Made by a program: the position numbers and the translations under genes. DNA of 63,568 nucleotides, filler included, from Octopus bimaculoides (lineage: Eukaryota), in NCBI RefSeq assembly GCF_001194135.2. It is 8 parts of 8 records of this genome, joined end to end, with 100 filler letters (N's around TTAATTAATTAA, not from the genome) between each part and the next. Parts side by side here need not be neighbours in the genome. Positions count along the whole stretch, not along the records: positions 8,782 to 16,673 come from NC_068995.1; positions 16,774 to 42,231 come from NC_068985.1; 6 more parts are not named here. One strand, 5' to 3'. Position 1 is the first letter of the stretch. Each line of letters begins with the position of its first letter. The notes beneath the pieces are model-generated. The model was not told the DNA's origin. It did not search any database and was given only the letters and a program-made list of their open reading frames with translations. This document shows, piece by piece, positions 14,236 through 27,746 of this stretch.

Positions 14236-16625
14236 CTGCGGGCCCCATCACGACTACAATCATCAGTCCTCCAGCGTAGGCTCTCCACCAATACTCTGGA
14301 GTCCGGCAAAAAGTTTGACCAGAGCATTCATCAACGCACCCACATACTAACATGTACGCCCCAACACGGCGGACACCTACCAAATAGACCGTTTTCCATC
14401 ACCTCCAATATAACAGCCCCTATACACACATTATACCCTTACACACACTGCATGCACATACAAGGCTTCCATGATCTTAACCAATACAGAAAGAAAACAC
14501 ACTAGCAAACACAAGAATGGGTGTCTACACCTCCTTGCAAAAAGTTAAGCATACAGTATCACTACACATATCCCATTTCTACAACACTCACCCGAAAGAT
14601 GCACATAATTCCCACAAACACTTCATGATAGCTCTCACCGACTTACAACATAACCAATCCAGTGGAGATGTCTCGGTACCAAGGGACATAATGCTTAATT
14701 AAATCCCCTATTTTTCAAGCAACGAACAATTTCCATCAAAACAATGCTCGACTAAAAAAATGTGGTGCTCCAGCATTTGACTGCAACAAGTAAAAGAATA
14801 AAAGAATACATACATACATACATACATACATACATACATACATACATACATACGTATAAACTCACTTATAGATGTGCGCCTATAGCGCACCCTCACTGGC
14901 GCTTCACGCAACCATACATAAAACCTATGCCAACTCTCCCACCCTTATGAGTTGTTGCCGTTATTCCACTTTATTAACATCCTTAAAAATGTTTAACTGT
15001 GTAAATCTATGCCATTGCCTCTTTCCCGTTAATCAATATTGATTTGTTCCGTTGATTATGAAGAATGTAGTAATAACGTGCGAAGAAAACGGGGATTTGA
15101 GGCATTCACAAGTTTCGCACTGTGATTATCGACAAACATAAGGTTATCTAGATATAATTGAAAATGAGATCCGTGTTATGAACTCATTCACTAGAGATTT
15201 GTAACTGCACTATGTTGTGTACTACAGAAGCCACCGTCTTGTGAACATGATTCAATTGATTACATCTATCCTTCAAAAACTTGGCCTGATTCCAAGGGGA
15301 AATACATTAAAATTGTGAGAAATTGACACTACTAGTATTTGCACCTTGTGTTTGTGTGTGTTGTATGTGTGTGTATGTGTTCCGAAGACTGATGTCGTAG
15401 TGACATCACCGGTCGCGTCATCAATTGCAGCTTCGTGAGTGGCTGGAAAAACTACTCTGCTTTGCAGAAGCGAACGATACTGAGACCCCTTTTAACACCA
15501 CTCCTGTATCGTCTTGTGGTTATGAGGAACAACTGAAAAAAGGTAAACAACCGGGGAAAGAGAGAGGGAGAGAGGGAGAGAGGGAGAGAGACAGGGAGAG
15601 AGAGTGGGAGAGAGAGAGAGAGAGAGGGAGAGAAGAGAGAGAGAGAGTGCGTTAAAGGTAAAAAAGAAAGAAGGCTGCAAAGAAGGGAATCGAATTCAAG
15701 AGGAAAGCAACCGAAAAGTTCAACGTGCAGCCCGCCGACACTGACACCATTCTCGTGATACAAGAAATAATTAATGATTACTGAACGATCAAATTTATTT
15801 ATACGATCAGTTTGAAACAGATTATGTGCAGAGATTGTGTGAAGAGCTGGAAGCCTATTATATAGAGTATATCAGAGACAGGCTGATTGTAAGATTAGGG
15901 TTTTATTGTTACCAAACGTTCGCCTGCTCCTGTGATTGTTATTATTAGTGAATTTGAGCTTTTGCAGGCTGGAGACGGTAGGATCTGTACAAAATTTGTG
16001 GAATAAAATAATTTCACAATGATTCTTTTAAAATAATATAGCATCTATGCTGTAGGTGGAAGTGTTTTCGAGGAAGGTGGAACGAAAGTCTCACTAGTGG
16101 ATTAACTATGGTTTAGTGAAAGGGTGGTTTATACCGTATTATATTCCTTGCCCTAGTTCTGACTTTGTTCATACTGCTAGTATTATTTAGTTATGGATCT
16201 GGTTAAATCGAAGTTCTAATTTTGAGGAGTGATAGAAATATTAATATCAAATTGTAGTGTAGGTATACACAGCTGTATGGAAAAGCGTTGCAGTTTTTAT
16301 CTGAGAGAAAATCTCTTCGTAAGATTTGCTATACTGTCAGACAAAATCTACTGTTTAATGCCTTACAGTGATATGAATATTCTAAGTATGATACATAGTA
16401 TAATGCTGTTTCAATAGTTTCCACCGAGATTTTATTCAGCCCAATGGCTTTCAAAAATATCATCGAATGTATTATTCACTGCTTCCTAAATATTGGAAGG
16501 GACAGATTTCATCTAAGCATTTGACTAGCAAGTACACATCCTTGACAAGATCTGTGAGGGGTGGGGTGGAAACGGAGCTTGTGTTCACATTAGTCATTAC
16601 TGTGACAATGTTCCTTGTACCGATG

Positions 16626-16673
<48 letters not shown>

Positions 16674-16773
16674 NNNNNNNNNNNNNNNNNNNNNNNNNNN
16701 NNNNNNNNNNNNNNNNNTTAATTAATTAANNNNNNNNNNNNNNNNNNNNNNNNNNNNNNNNNNNNNNNNNNNN

Positions 16774-16872
<99 letters not shown>

Positions 16873-17203
16873 ATGTGTGTGAGTGTGTATACATATAAAA
16901 CAAAACATGTATGATAACCTGCTGAATACATCTATTGTTCGGGATATACATTGAAAATGCTTACTAGCCATAGTAGGGTTGATATTCTGAATTACCATGA
17001 AATATCTGTTTGTTAAATTACTGCACATTTATATACAGGTATACATGTATATTTACATGTATATTATATGCAAGTGAATGGTGATGTAATTTCTGTATAT
17101 AAATACCATGGTTATGAAACAGTTGCACACTAATGAAATAAATATACTCTCTCACTTCACTTCTCTAATCTGTTCAATGTATACATACATCACACACACA
17201 CAC

Positions 17204-17253
<50 letters not shown>

Positions 17254-17567
17254 TNNNNNNNNNNNNNNNNNNNNNNNNNNNNNNNNNNNNNNNNATATAT
17301 ATATATATATACGCACGTATGTATGTCTGTATGTTTGTATGTATATTACATACATATATCTATACATCTGTACGTAAGTATCCGTGTATAAGTGCGTGCG
17401 TGTTTGCGTGTGCGTGATTTTAATTAGTGACTCCGTTAGGAACCGATGGAAGTTGTATAGATATTCCATCCGCGTTATAGTTTCAGCTGCCTGTCTGAAA
17501 AATATTTGTCATCTGCAAATAAATACAAATCAAAAATAGTTGTAACTGTTGGTGATTTCCTTTGCAG

Positions 17568-17657
17568 GGTTGTAAGAGTTCGGAAGATAATATTGCAGCA
17601 TGTGCTATGATGGTACAAACGATCGACTACAAAGAAGTTAATGGAAAAGCGGTACAG
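17568..17657 (+). CDS. Villin/gelsolin exon (G4 helix), 90 nt
   Basis: tttgcag|GGT...CAG|gtatgt; [30 protein letters not shown]. Confidence 0.9.
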
Positions 17658-20600
17658 GTATGTGTCTGAAGAAAGGCTTTGCGTGAAAAGTTAGTCTCTG
17701 AATCTCATACAACATACACCTCTTCTAATTAAGGTTTACAAAAAAATCCTTGCTAATACAAGACTACCGCTAGGAGTACTTTGAAATTGTCCTGGCTATT
17801 CCCTCATTCTGCTCCATCTCCAGACATTCATACATGTAACTTTTCTGCTTCAAGTGTCAATGTGGGAACTTGTACACGGTTGCCTGACTTTCTTCCTAGA
17901 AATAGCAGCCACATTTCCTTCAAATAACGCACTACTGTCTTTAAAATAACGACAGCTGCAGGCTGATGGTCACTGCTGCAAAGCATTTGATAATATGTTT
18001 TCTCAATTAGATTTGACTTTGATCTAAACAAAATCGACAACCACAAAAACGATAATCTGATTTATGGTAATACATGATATTTACTAATCCATCAGTTTTG
18101 CTGACTAACTATAAAGTTCTCCCAACTTTCTTATCTGGTGAGCCACCATGACCGGTATGTCAGCTAATTTCCTCAATTTCAATAAATGTGTTAATGTATG
18201 ACTCAGTGATGGTCATAATATTAGATGGGTGTCCAACAAAAATAAGTAAGCTCTTTGCGAACAGAAGCTATATATTTTGATGATTGGATTCCAGTTTAAT
18301 CTTGTGGTTGGGTATAATGCAGGAATTTAGTACGTTTTAGTCAAAAGACATCAGTACCAAATGAGTTCATAGAGTTAAATTCATATTCCAAAGAGCTTAA
18401 AAATTATTTCGGTTCCTGATCGATGAAAATTTACTTCATACCTACCAGATATCGTGAGACGAGTAGCATATTTGATTTATGTTTGACTTTTTGAAAATTC
18501 TACAATAGTGAATGCATTGTTGATTATAAAAAACAACAAAAGACAAACAATTATCTTAGGGATGATATATAAAACTAGGTACAAGCGATGAAAGAGAACT
18601 GTGATAGCCTTTTATTACTGTAAAACTCGAAGTAATGTTAAATTGTTACTGAATAGTTGAAGTACATTAAGAAAGAAAAAATGAAAAATTAGGCGTAGGA
18701 GTGGCTGTGTGGTAAGTAGCTTGCTTACGAACCACATGGTTTCGGGTTCAGTCCCACGGCATGGAAACTTGGGCAAGTGTCTTCAACTATAGCTTCGGGC
18801 CGACCAAAACCTTGTGAGTGGATTTAGTAGACGGAAACTGAAAGAAGCCCGTCGTATATATANNNNNNNNNNNNNNNNNNNNNNNNNNNNNNNNNNNNNN
18901 NNNNNNNNNNNNNNNNNNNNATATATATATATATATATATACATATACATGTATGTGTGTGTGTCTGTATTTGTCCCTCCAATATCGCTTGACAACCGAT
19001 GCTGTAATGTTTACGTCCCCGTAACTTAGCGGTTTGGCAAAAGAGACTGATAGAATAAGCACTGGGCTTGCAAAGAATAAGTCCTGGGGTAGATTTGCTC
19101 GACTAAAGGCGGTGCTCCAGCATGGCCACAGTCAAATGACTGAAACAAGTAAAAGAGTAAAGTAAAAGACTGATGTTTTTCATTTTTGTCATAGAGATAA
19201 TCCATTCAGCCTCTTATTTTACAATTTTCTGTTCTTTTCCCATGTAAATCAAAAACCTTGGGTTCACTTAAGAAATGATTTTTTATCTCATTGCATATTG
19301 TAGTAAATCAAGCATCTTTAATTGACTTTGATCTTCATCGTCTCATTTTCATGGATACTGAAATAAGTGCTAGTGATATACTGCATTAGATATAATTTAT
19401 GAAATGCATAATAATATTTTATTTGTTCTGGGAATAAAGATAACTGATTCCTACATACAGGAATAGGTCTAATGAAAATCGATTATAATATATTGATGGT
19501 AATTATCTTATCCAGCCTAGATCAGATGAACATTGAAGCCGTTCATGTTGGCACTTGTTAAGGACTGTAACTTAAGGGGACAAGCATATCTGTGTGGTGA
19601 AGAAGTTCACTTCACAATTTCGAGTTTTCGGGTTCGCTCCTATGATGAGCCACTTTGAACAATCGCCTTGATATCATGGCATCATCAAAACTTTTTGAAC
19701 TGGATTTGTTGGACAGAATCTGTGTGAAAATTTGACGGAGGCATCAATCATGATCATCTTGAGAAGTAGGCTTAATAAGTAATTTCGTTAAATAACACCA
19801 CTTCATTCTTGTCAGCCTTTAGTGGTGTCAACTTTGTCGCAAGCATTCGGGCTGAGACTTCTATGTGTATATGACTTATCCCCTTCTACTACACCAGTCA
19901 TGGTGCTTTAAGAAGGGTTATGGTTGCTTCTCTTCTTCCTTTGACTAAGCTATAAAATTGCATTTTATACATTTCCTTACATATGGCCATTTCTTCTAAC
20001 CCACATTTTTGTAACATCGATGAGTGATGAAATTTATTTCAATCCAGTTTACTGTATTTCTTACCTTCTCTTTTATGGTACTTTCATTGACCAGGTACGA
20101 ATCACTCAAAATCAAGAGCCGGAACATTTCCTTCGAATATTTCATGGGAAATTGATTGTCTTAAAGGTATACTTTACTATTCTATTTAACCTTTATTGAA
20201 ATCATGCATCACCTCTTCACTTTTACACTACTTTTCACGATTCGATGTTTACAAAAATAAACAACCTTGTTTAAAAGAAAATATGAATGAAAAAACGGCC
20301 CAAATTTTCAACCTGGATAATATTAGGCATTAAAATATCTTAAATAAAGCAGGATCGCTGATTGAATTCAAACGATATATCTATCGCTTATCGAGCAACC
20401 ATATTATCGATTTCCCTACCACTTCAAATTAGGTATATAAATCTATTTTTCTATAAACGTGCTATTTTGACTTTTTGTACGGTACATTGTCTTAGATTAG
20501 TTCATAAAAGTTTAATATAATTTTACGTTGAGAATTTTAACAGTTAATCCATAATACTGGGGACCAGGTAAGCACATGACTCAGTGGTAAGAGCATCAGG

Positions 20601-21881
20601 CTCATAATTGTGATGTAGTGAGTTTGATCTCCGGTCCGGGCTGTGTGTTGTGTTCTTGAGCAGAAATAAGTTGCAAACGTCACTAGTGCCAAGCTGTATC
20701 GTCCTTTGCCTTTCCCTTGGAAAACATCGGCGGCGTGGAGAGGGGAGGCTGGTATGCATGGGCGACTGCTAGTCTTCCATAAACAATATTGACCGGATTT
20801 GTGACTCGGAGGGGAAATTTCTAAGTGCAATCCCATGGTCATTCATGACCGAAGGGGGTCCTCAGGGGACTAGGAGAAACACCATCCTTCGGTCGATTTT
20901 TCTCAAACCTTATGTAGTGTGCACGCGCGTGAGTGATTCCATTTGTGAGAATAACTACTGGCAAGAATTCTGTCCTGCATCTGATAGTTGTGCTGTGTTC
21001 ATAGCCAAGATACTTCACACTGACTTTAATTCAAGTACATGTAACTCAAGTACTTGTAAATAGATATAAAGATCTCTATTTGAAACTCATCATCAAATGT
21101 AAGCAGTCAGAGCTGTATTTGGTTAAGATCTATTTTTTATATATCAAGACCCAATTTAGTAATTGGATCAGGTGTAGACAGTTGGAAAGGCGTCACCACT
21201 GTTTATTTTGCAACAAATTAACAGGAGTTCAAATCTCTGTGACATTCCAACAGTATGGAGTTGTTACAAAAAAAAAAAAAAATAGACTCTCTTTAACCGT
21301 GTATGCATTATTACTTCAGGGTGATGGCAGAAAGATGAGCGATTTTAATAATAAAACTATGTTATTTCACATTCGAGGCTACTTGGAGTATAATACACGA
21401 GCTATGCAGGTAAGATTTATTGATTATTTTTAAACTTCTAAACTTTTGTTTTTCTTTAAGCAAATTTTGTTGCCAAGAGAGAAAAGAATATATCAATAAT
21501 TTAATACTCTATTAAAGAGTGATGGGTGGTCTGGATCGTGTGAACGTTGGACCTTGCAGTATTCAGTTACGGCATTTTATGTTCTGTGTTCAAAGCACGA
21601 TAGTGAGAACTTTGCTTTCCATGCTTCAAGTACTGATATTGATTTAATCGAGTTTTTCCACTCCCAAAATTTGTAGTCAGCGTTAGAAATCCTCATTATT
21701 ACTCTATAACAAGAAGTCTAGAAAATAAAACATCGCACCAGGTACCGTGCAGTACTTAAATTCTATCAAGCCTGTATACCTTAAGTCTAAATCTCATTTA
21801 AATTGACGATATCTTTTGTTCCTCAAGGGGAGATAAAACAGAATCTCTAATTTGGTATATATATATGTGTGTGTGTGTGTT

Positions 21882-21924
<43 letters not shown>

Positions 21925-24900
21925 TTGTGTGTGTATGTGGATTGCGCGCGTGTGTGAATGTCAAGTTGTCATTCGATAAACAGCGAACGATAAAATGATA
22001 AGATAAGCACAGATTAAATAAATATGGTGGTTAGTATTATCACCTAAAGTCCTTCAAGCTAAAAGAATAAAGTATAAGTTGAAATGAGATGCCTAGTTTT
22101 CTCATTCCAATCAGCAACGGTTTTTTTTTCATTAGACATGCAAATGTTTCTAATAGAATAAGGATCAGTTTCTAATATGAAAAACCTTTTACTTTTAGAT
22201 TTTTGGGGCTGGAGTACGGAGCTATGCCCTTGGCCTTCATACGCTTTTTGAGACTAAAGGGATCAATGCAGTTTACGTTTTTGAACAACTACTAGTCAGT
22301 GACTGCATGCATAGGCAGGGAAGGATGCCTCAAACGTTGGCATTTATTAGTGAAAAGACTGGGAATAAGGGTTAGGGCGAGGTTTGATGTTGGAGGGTTG
22401 GTCACAATATAGCAGAGGCAACTTTGTCGGGTAGGTTTTGTTGAAGTACTACTCTGTGTATTAGTTCGTTGTCTGTTTTCGAATGTGTATGTCCTATTTT
22501 GTTTTATAATACGCATGCAGTAGTTATTATAAAGTCTCTCTGTGTAATTTTGCAGTGAGTATGAGTGCAAGTTTTCTTACTTGTTTGTATAATTAAGTGT
22601 TGATTATGTGTTGTATGCGTTATGCGTAGCTATGTATGTTTGTGTATATTTTATGTCTGCGTTTGAAATGGTTAGGTAAGGTACTAAAGAAAAAAAAAGG
22701 GATTGTGAATTAAGATTGTGGGGCGTGAAGATAATTTCTTGCTCTCTGCAGAAACAAGAATTCGATGATTCAGTATGCAGGGTGAGACCAAGCACAGTAA
22801 ATGCGGGGTGAAATGATCTACAAAGCGTAAACATGGTGATTCTAGCCACCTCCACCAAAATTTCAAGTCTTGTTCTTATAATAGAAACGATTATTAAAAT
22901 GCTGGGAAGGTGGTGAGCTGGCAGGATTGTTACCGCACCAGACGAAATGCTTAGAGGCTCTTTACTTTCTGAGCTCAAATCCTGCTATGACTGACTTTGT
23001 CTTTCATCCTTTTGGGGTCGATAAAATAAGCACCAGGGAAGTACTGGAGTCACTGTAATCGACATCTCGTCATCAATTTTCAGGCCTTGTGCCTATATCA
23101 ACAAGCGTTATTAAAATGCTAAAATGACAGGTTTTTGCAATGTGAACTATGATTTCTCTTGCGAAGTAATTCATTGCATGTACAACATTAACTTTAATCT
23201 TTAAATACGTCTTTCTAGGTTGAACCCGTTGCTTCATCTTTGAACTCAAACGATGCTTTTGTTTTAATTCACCAGGACTACTCATATCTCTGGCTTGGCA
23301 GGGTAACTATGCTATTTATATTGAGCTGTTTCTTTTTGTTTACTCTGATTCGCTGATACTTAAGTATGAACATACGTTTAAAGTTTCTCACAAAGAAAAT
23401 ATTCTTGAAGTCATATTGCTGCATAAGCACACATACCCACATGCATATATATATACACATACATCGTAACATATGTATGTATGTGGTGAGGTCGTCTCTA
23501 CAGATTTTCTTTAGAAATTTGTTACTGGTACTGATTTTGTTACGACGTTTTGTATCCGAGACATCAGATGCAAACAAACAATGAGATCAAAATGACAAAT
23601 GTGTAATGGGCGTATATGCCATATTTTGAAAGTTTTTGCTCGTTAGCACCCATCTAATCCATTACTCATCCACGAGCACATTGATTAAATAGCCATTTCA
23701 TATAGCGGTGTAACGCTATTGGATATACCAATTTACATATTAAACACATTCCTGGAAGCTGGTACGTATATATTAATGGCTTGTAGGGACATGGCATTTC
23801 GTTATGCAACCATAATATGTTACGAAGTATATTCAGTGTTTTAATAAGTCAATACCGTGTACTACTGTGGTTAGTACAATTTCTATAGAAAATATGTAGA
23901 GAGGACGTTACCACGTGATTAAAGTGCACTGCTAACACAGTAGTATACGGTATTGACTTATAAAAATGCTTGATATACTTTGTAACATATTATGGTTACA
24001 TAACGAAATTCCGTGTGCACACAAGTCATTGATATGTATGTATGAATTTTCTTCGAGTTTTCTTTAAGTTCTTGAAAGAGTTCAAGCCGGGTGCTAACAA
24101 AGCGACAAGACGTTTTGAGTTGAGAGAATTCCCAGTGTTTGTATATATGTGGTTGAGTTGGTGTGTTGGTTGAGCTCTCAGTTCATACACCCAAGTGTGT
24201 GCATCTATTCACATAAAAATCTCAAATGGAGAATTCTTGGAATGTTTTACAAATTTTCACTATGCCACTAATAGATAGGATTTGGAGAATCCGCGTCGGT
24301 TTGTTTTACTTTTTATCCTTGAAACCGAGTATTTTTAGGTTTCTGTGCAAATTTATTGGCACATAACCTAATGCACTTATGAGGATAGGTACAAATGCGA
24401 ATTTATAGTCATTGTACAAGAGCTGTAAGTTCCGTATTAATTCACCACAAATGTTCTCTTTATCTTGGACTTTTGATTGTACTTTCATATCCGCTGTGCA
24501 GCTGACTTCTACAACAGTGCATGACTTTTGTATGTATGTATGTATGTATGTATGTATGGATGGATGGATGGATGAATGGATGAATGGATGGATGAATGGA
24601 TGCATGCATGCATGCATGCTTTGATTTACTGGTCTTTACGCAGTATTCAGGATACGGAAACTCCTACTTCAGTTCGTGTAGATGCATACTGATTGTATTC
24701 ACGAAGATTACAAATTTAGGCTGTATCAACAAATCATCATACGAATAACTGATATGTGAAGATGCAAGTGTAAACAGTAAAAAACAAAAACAAAACATTG
24801 GAAATAATGTTAAATAAATGAGAGATATTCGGGTATTTTGAAAGTTAGATTAGTTTCTTGGGTTGATTTATATGAGGAATCACGAAATACTGGTTTTGCA

Positions 24901-26235
24901 GAAGAGAAATCACAAATTTTATAAAGACTAAAAGAACTCTTGGAACAGCTTACACATAACACATGAAATATTTACTAGATGCCTCCATCCAGATTATCTA
25001 ACCCATGCAAAATTCCACAATTAAAAGATTAGTCTTTCCCATGTTTTCTGCTTTCAATACCTTGAATAATACTTTGTCACCTAGGGTTATACATACATAG
25101 ATACATACATACATACATACATACATTTGTGTGGAACTTAGCTCAACTTGAGCACTTCGAGTCTAGCCTGTCTACGAGTATTGTTAATTAATAACAATAT
25201 CTATAAATAGATCATTTCTAATTTTTGTAATCAGTGCATGTGTTTTCACTAGAAATATATATATTTGCGAGAGGTTAACAGGCATCTTCAGACAGCTGGT
25301 TTTGCTACTTCAGGCTGATGACGAGCAATGACTCAGAAACATGTCCCTGAATGCAGACTAGGCTGGGTGGGGGTGCTTGCAAATATAAGGACACAGGAAA
25401 TGTGTCAAGGCCGACAGGAAGCGGTCCAGCTTCCTAGGACTAAATAGCAGCAGTATGATTTCCTTATTGGGACTGTCACATTAAGTTGACAGTATACAAC
25501 TGCAATATCTATAAAATAATATAATTTATACATACATACACATACACACATANNNNNNNNNNNNNNNNNNNNNNNNNNNNNNNNNNNNNNNNNNNNNNNN
25601 NNNNNNNNNNNNNNNNNNNNNNNNNNNNNNNNNNNNNNNNNNNNNNNNNNNNNNNNNNNNNNNNNNNNNNNNNNNNNNNNNNNNNNNNNNNNNNNNNNNN
25701 NNNNNNNNNNNNNNNNNNNNNNNNNNNNNNNNNNNNNNNNNNNNNNNNNNNACCTGTACAAATGATTTGCTTATAATGATCAAATTTATGTACTGTACAT
25801 TGGTTCACTCCCTTCATAAAATCGACATTGCTTGGACAGGTGTACGGTGTACCACACATCAGGTGACGAAGTGATCATAGAGCAGCATGTTTTGCTCAAG
25901 AACGCAATGCACCATCCAGTCAAGGAATTGAAACCACGATCTCGCGATCGTGAGGTGTAACATCCTAACCACTAGGCCATGCACCCTCAAAAAGTGCGTG
26001 AATGTGCATGTATGCATATTTTTCTATATTTTACTCTTTTAGTTGTTTCAGTCATTTGACTGCGGCCACGCTGGAGTGCCGCCTTTAGTCGAGTAAATCG
26101 ACCCCAGGACTTATTCTTTGTAAGCCTAGTACTTATTCTATCAGTCTCTTTTGCCGAACCGCTAAGTTACAGGGACGTAAGCACACCAGCATCTGTTGTC
26201 AAGCGATGCTGGGGGGGGGACAAACACAGTCGCAC

Positions 26236-26272
<37 letters not shown>

Positions 26273-27715
26273 CACATATATACGAAGGGCTTCTTTCAGT
26301 TTCCGTCTACCAAATCCACTCACAAGGCTTTGGTCGGCCCGAGGCTATAGTAAAAGACACTTGCCCAAGGTGCCATGCAGTGGCTGAACCCAAACCATGT
26401 GGTTAGTAAGCAAGCTACTTACCACACAGCCACTCACGCACCTTTTACGCACAGGAATTACGTTAAGGAGGCGCATTGTTTTTAGAATACTCAACCACTA
26501 ACATGTTAATTTATTGTGCAGGCTGTTTCGTTGATCGAGCTATTAGAACGCTCATCTTCGAAACCGATGGAGGTCTATTTACAATTTAGCTGTATGTATG
26601 TATGAATGTATGTATTTATGACATTAAACTGCATCCGATTGTGAGGCTCTAGTTCGGCAGTTGTGGGGTTGTGGGAAGCGTAGTAAGACCCCTTAATTAC
26701 TATTACTCCCTGATCCGTTCTGACCTGGAACGGGTCAGAACGTCGGGTTCCATCTATGGTTTAAATAGATTTTCCAGAGTTAGATGAAGCTCCCGTTATT
26801 TTTGGCAAAGCCGTGGGACAGGCAACTCTTCTAGGAGAAAGATAGTATGGCATAAAACTTGCAGTCAAATTATCTTGCAATGCTTGTTACTAGAACCTAT
26901 TACGGCGTCCAAGAGAGTGGCGAAAGTGTTGTACAAGCTGGTGTCACTTAAATCCATAACATACAGGTATCTCATTATCATTTCCTTTCCGGATCCGTTT
27001 TATATTTTATGAAATTCTATGGCGATAGACGCGTGGTGAAAAGTCATATCCGTGCACATGCAAGGATGAAAGTAAATCAGCACAATCGGGTTGAATATGA
27101 GACGTCTATCATCTGACAACATATGGCAGTCATTATGTATGTATGTATGTATGTATGTATGTATGTATTATGTATGTATGTATTTATGTATGTATGTGCT
27201 ATGTCTCAAGCTACTGCTATCTAGCACCTTCAGATGATCTCTACACAACTGCTACTCGACTGCTACTCCACTTCTACTCAACACTCCTACCACGGTCAGA
27301 CTACCACTATTTATATGTCTTGGGAGATCCTACTTCTTCGCCTGGGGGCGTCGACCAACAGTATGTATGTATGTATGTATGTTTGTATGCATGCATGTAT
27401 GTATGCAAGTGTGTATGCATGTGTGTATGTATGTATGTATATATATATATGTGTGTATGTATGTATGTATGTATGTATGTATGTATATGTATGTATGCAT
27501 GTATGTATGCATGTGTGTACGTATGTGTGTATGTATGTATGTATGTCATTATTCAGTTTTATTTCAAGATTTCTTGCCAATAGAGAAAGAGCCGGTTTCT
27601 AACCTAGGTCCAAGACTCCATCATTGGAATTTCGATACCAACAGGGTATTTGTGTATGTACGTATATATCCATGCATGTATGTATCTGTCAGTCTGTCTA
27701 TCTATCTGTCTATCA

Positions 27716-27746
<31 letters not shown>

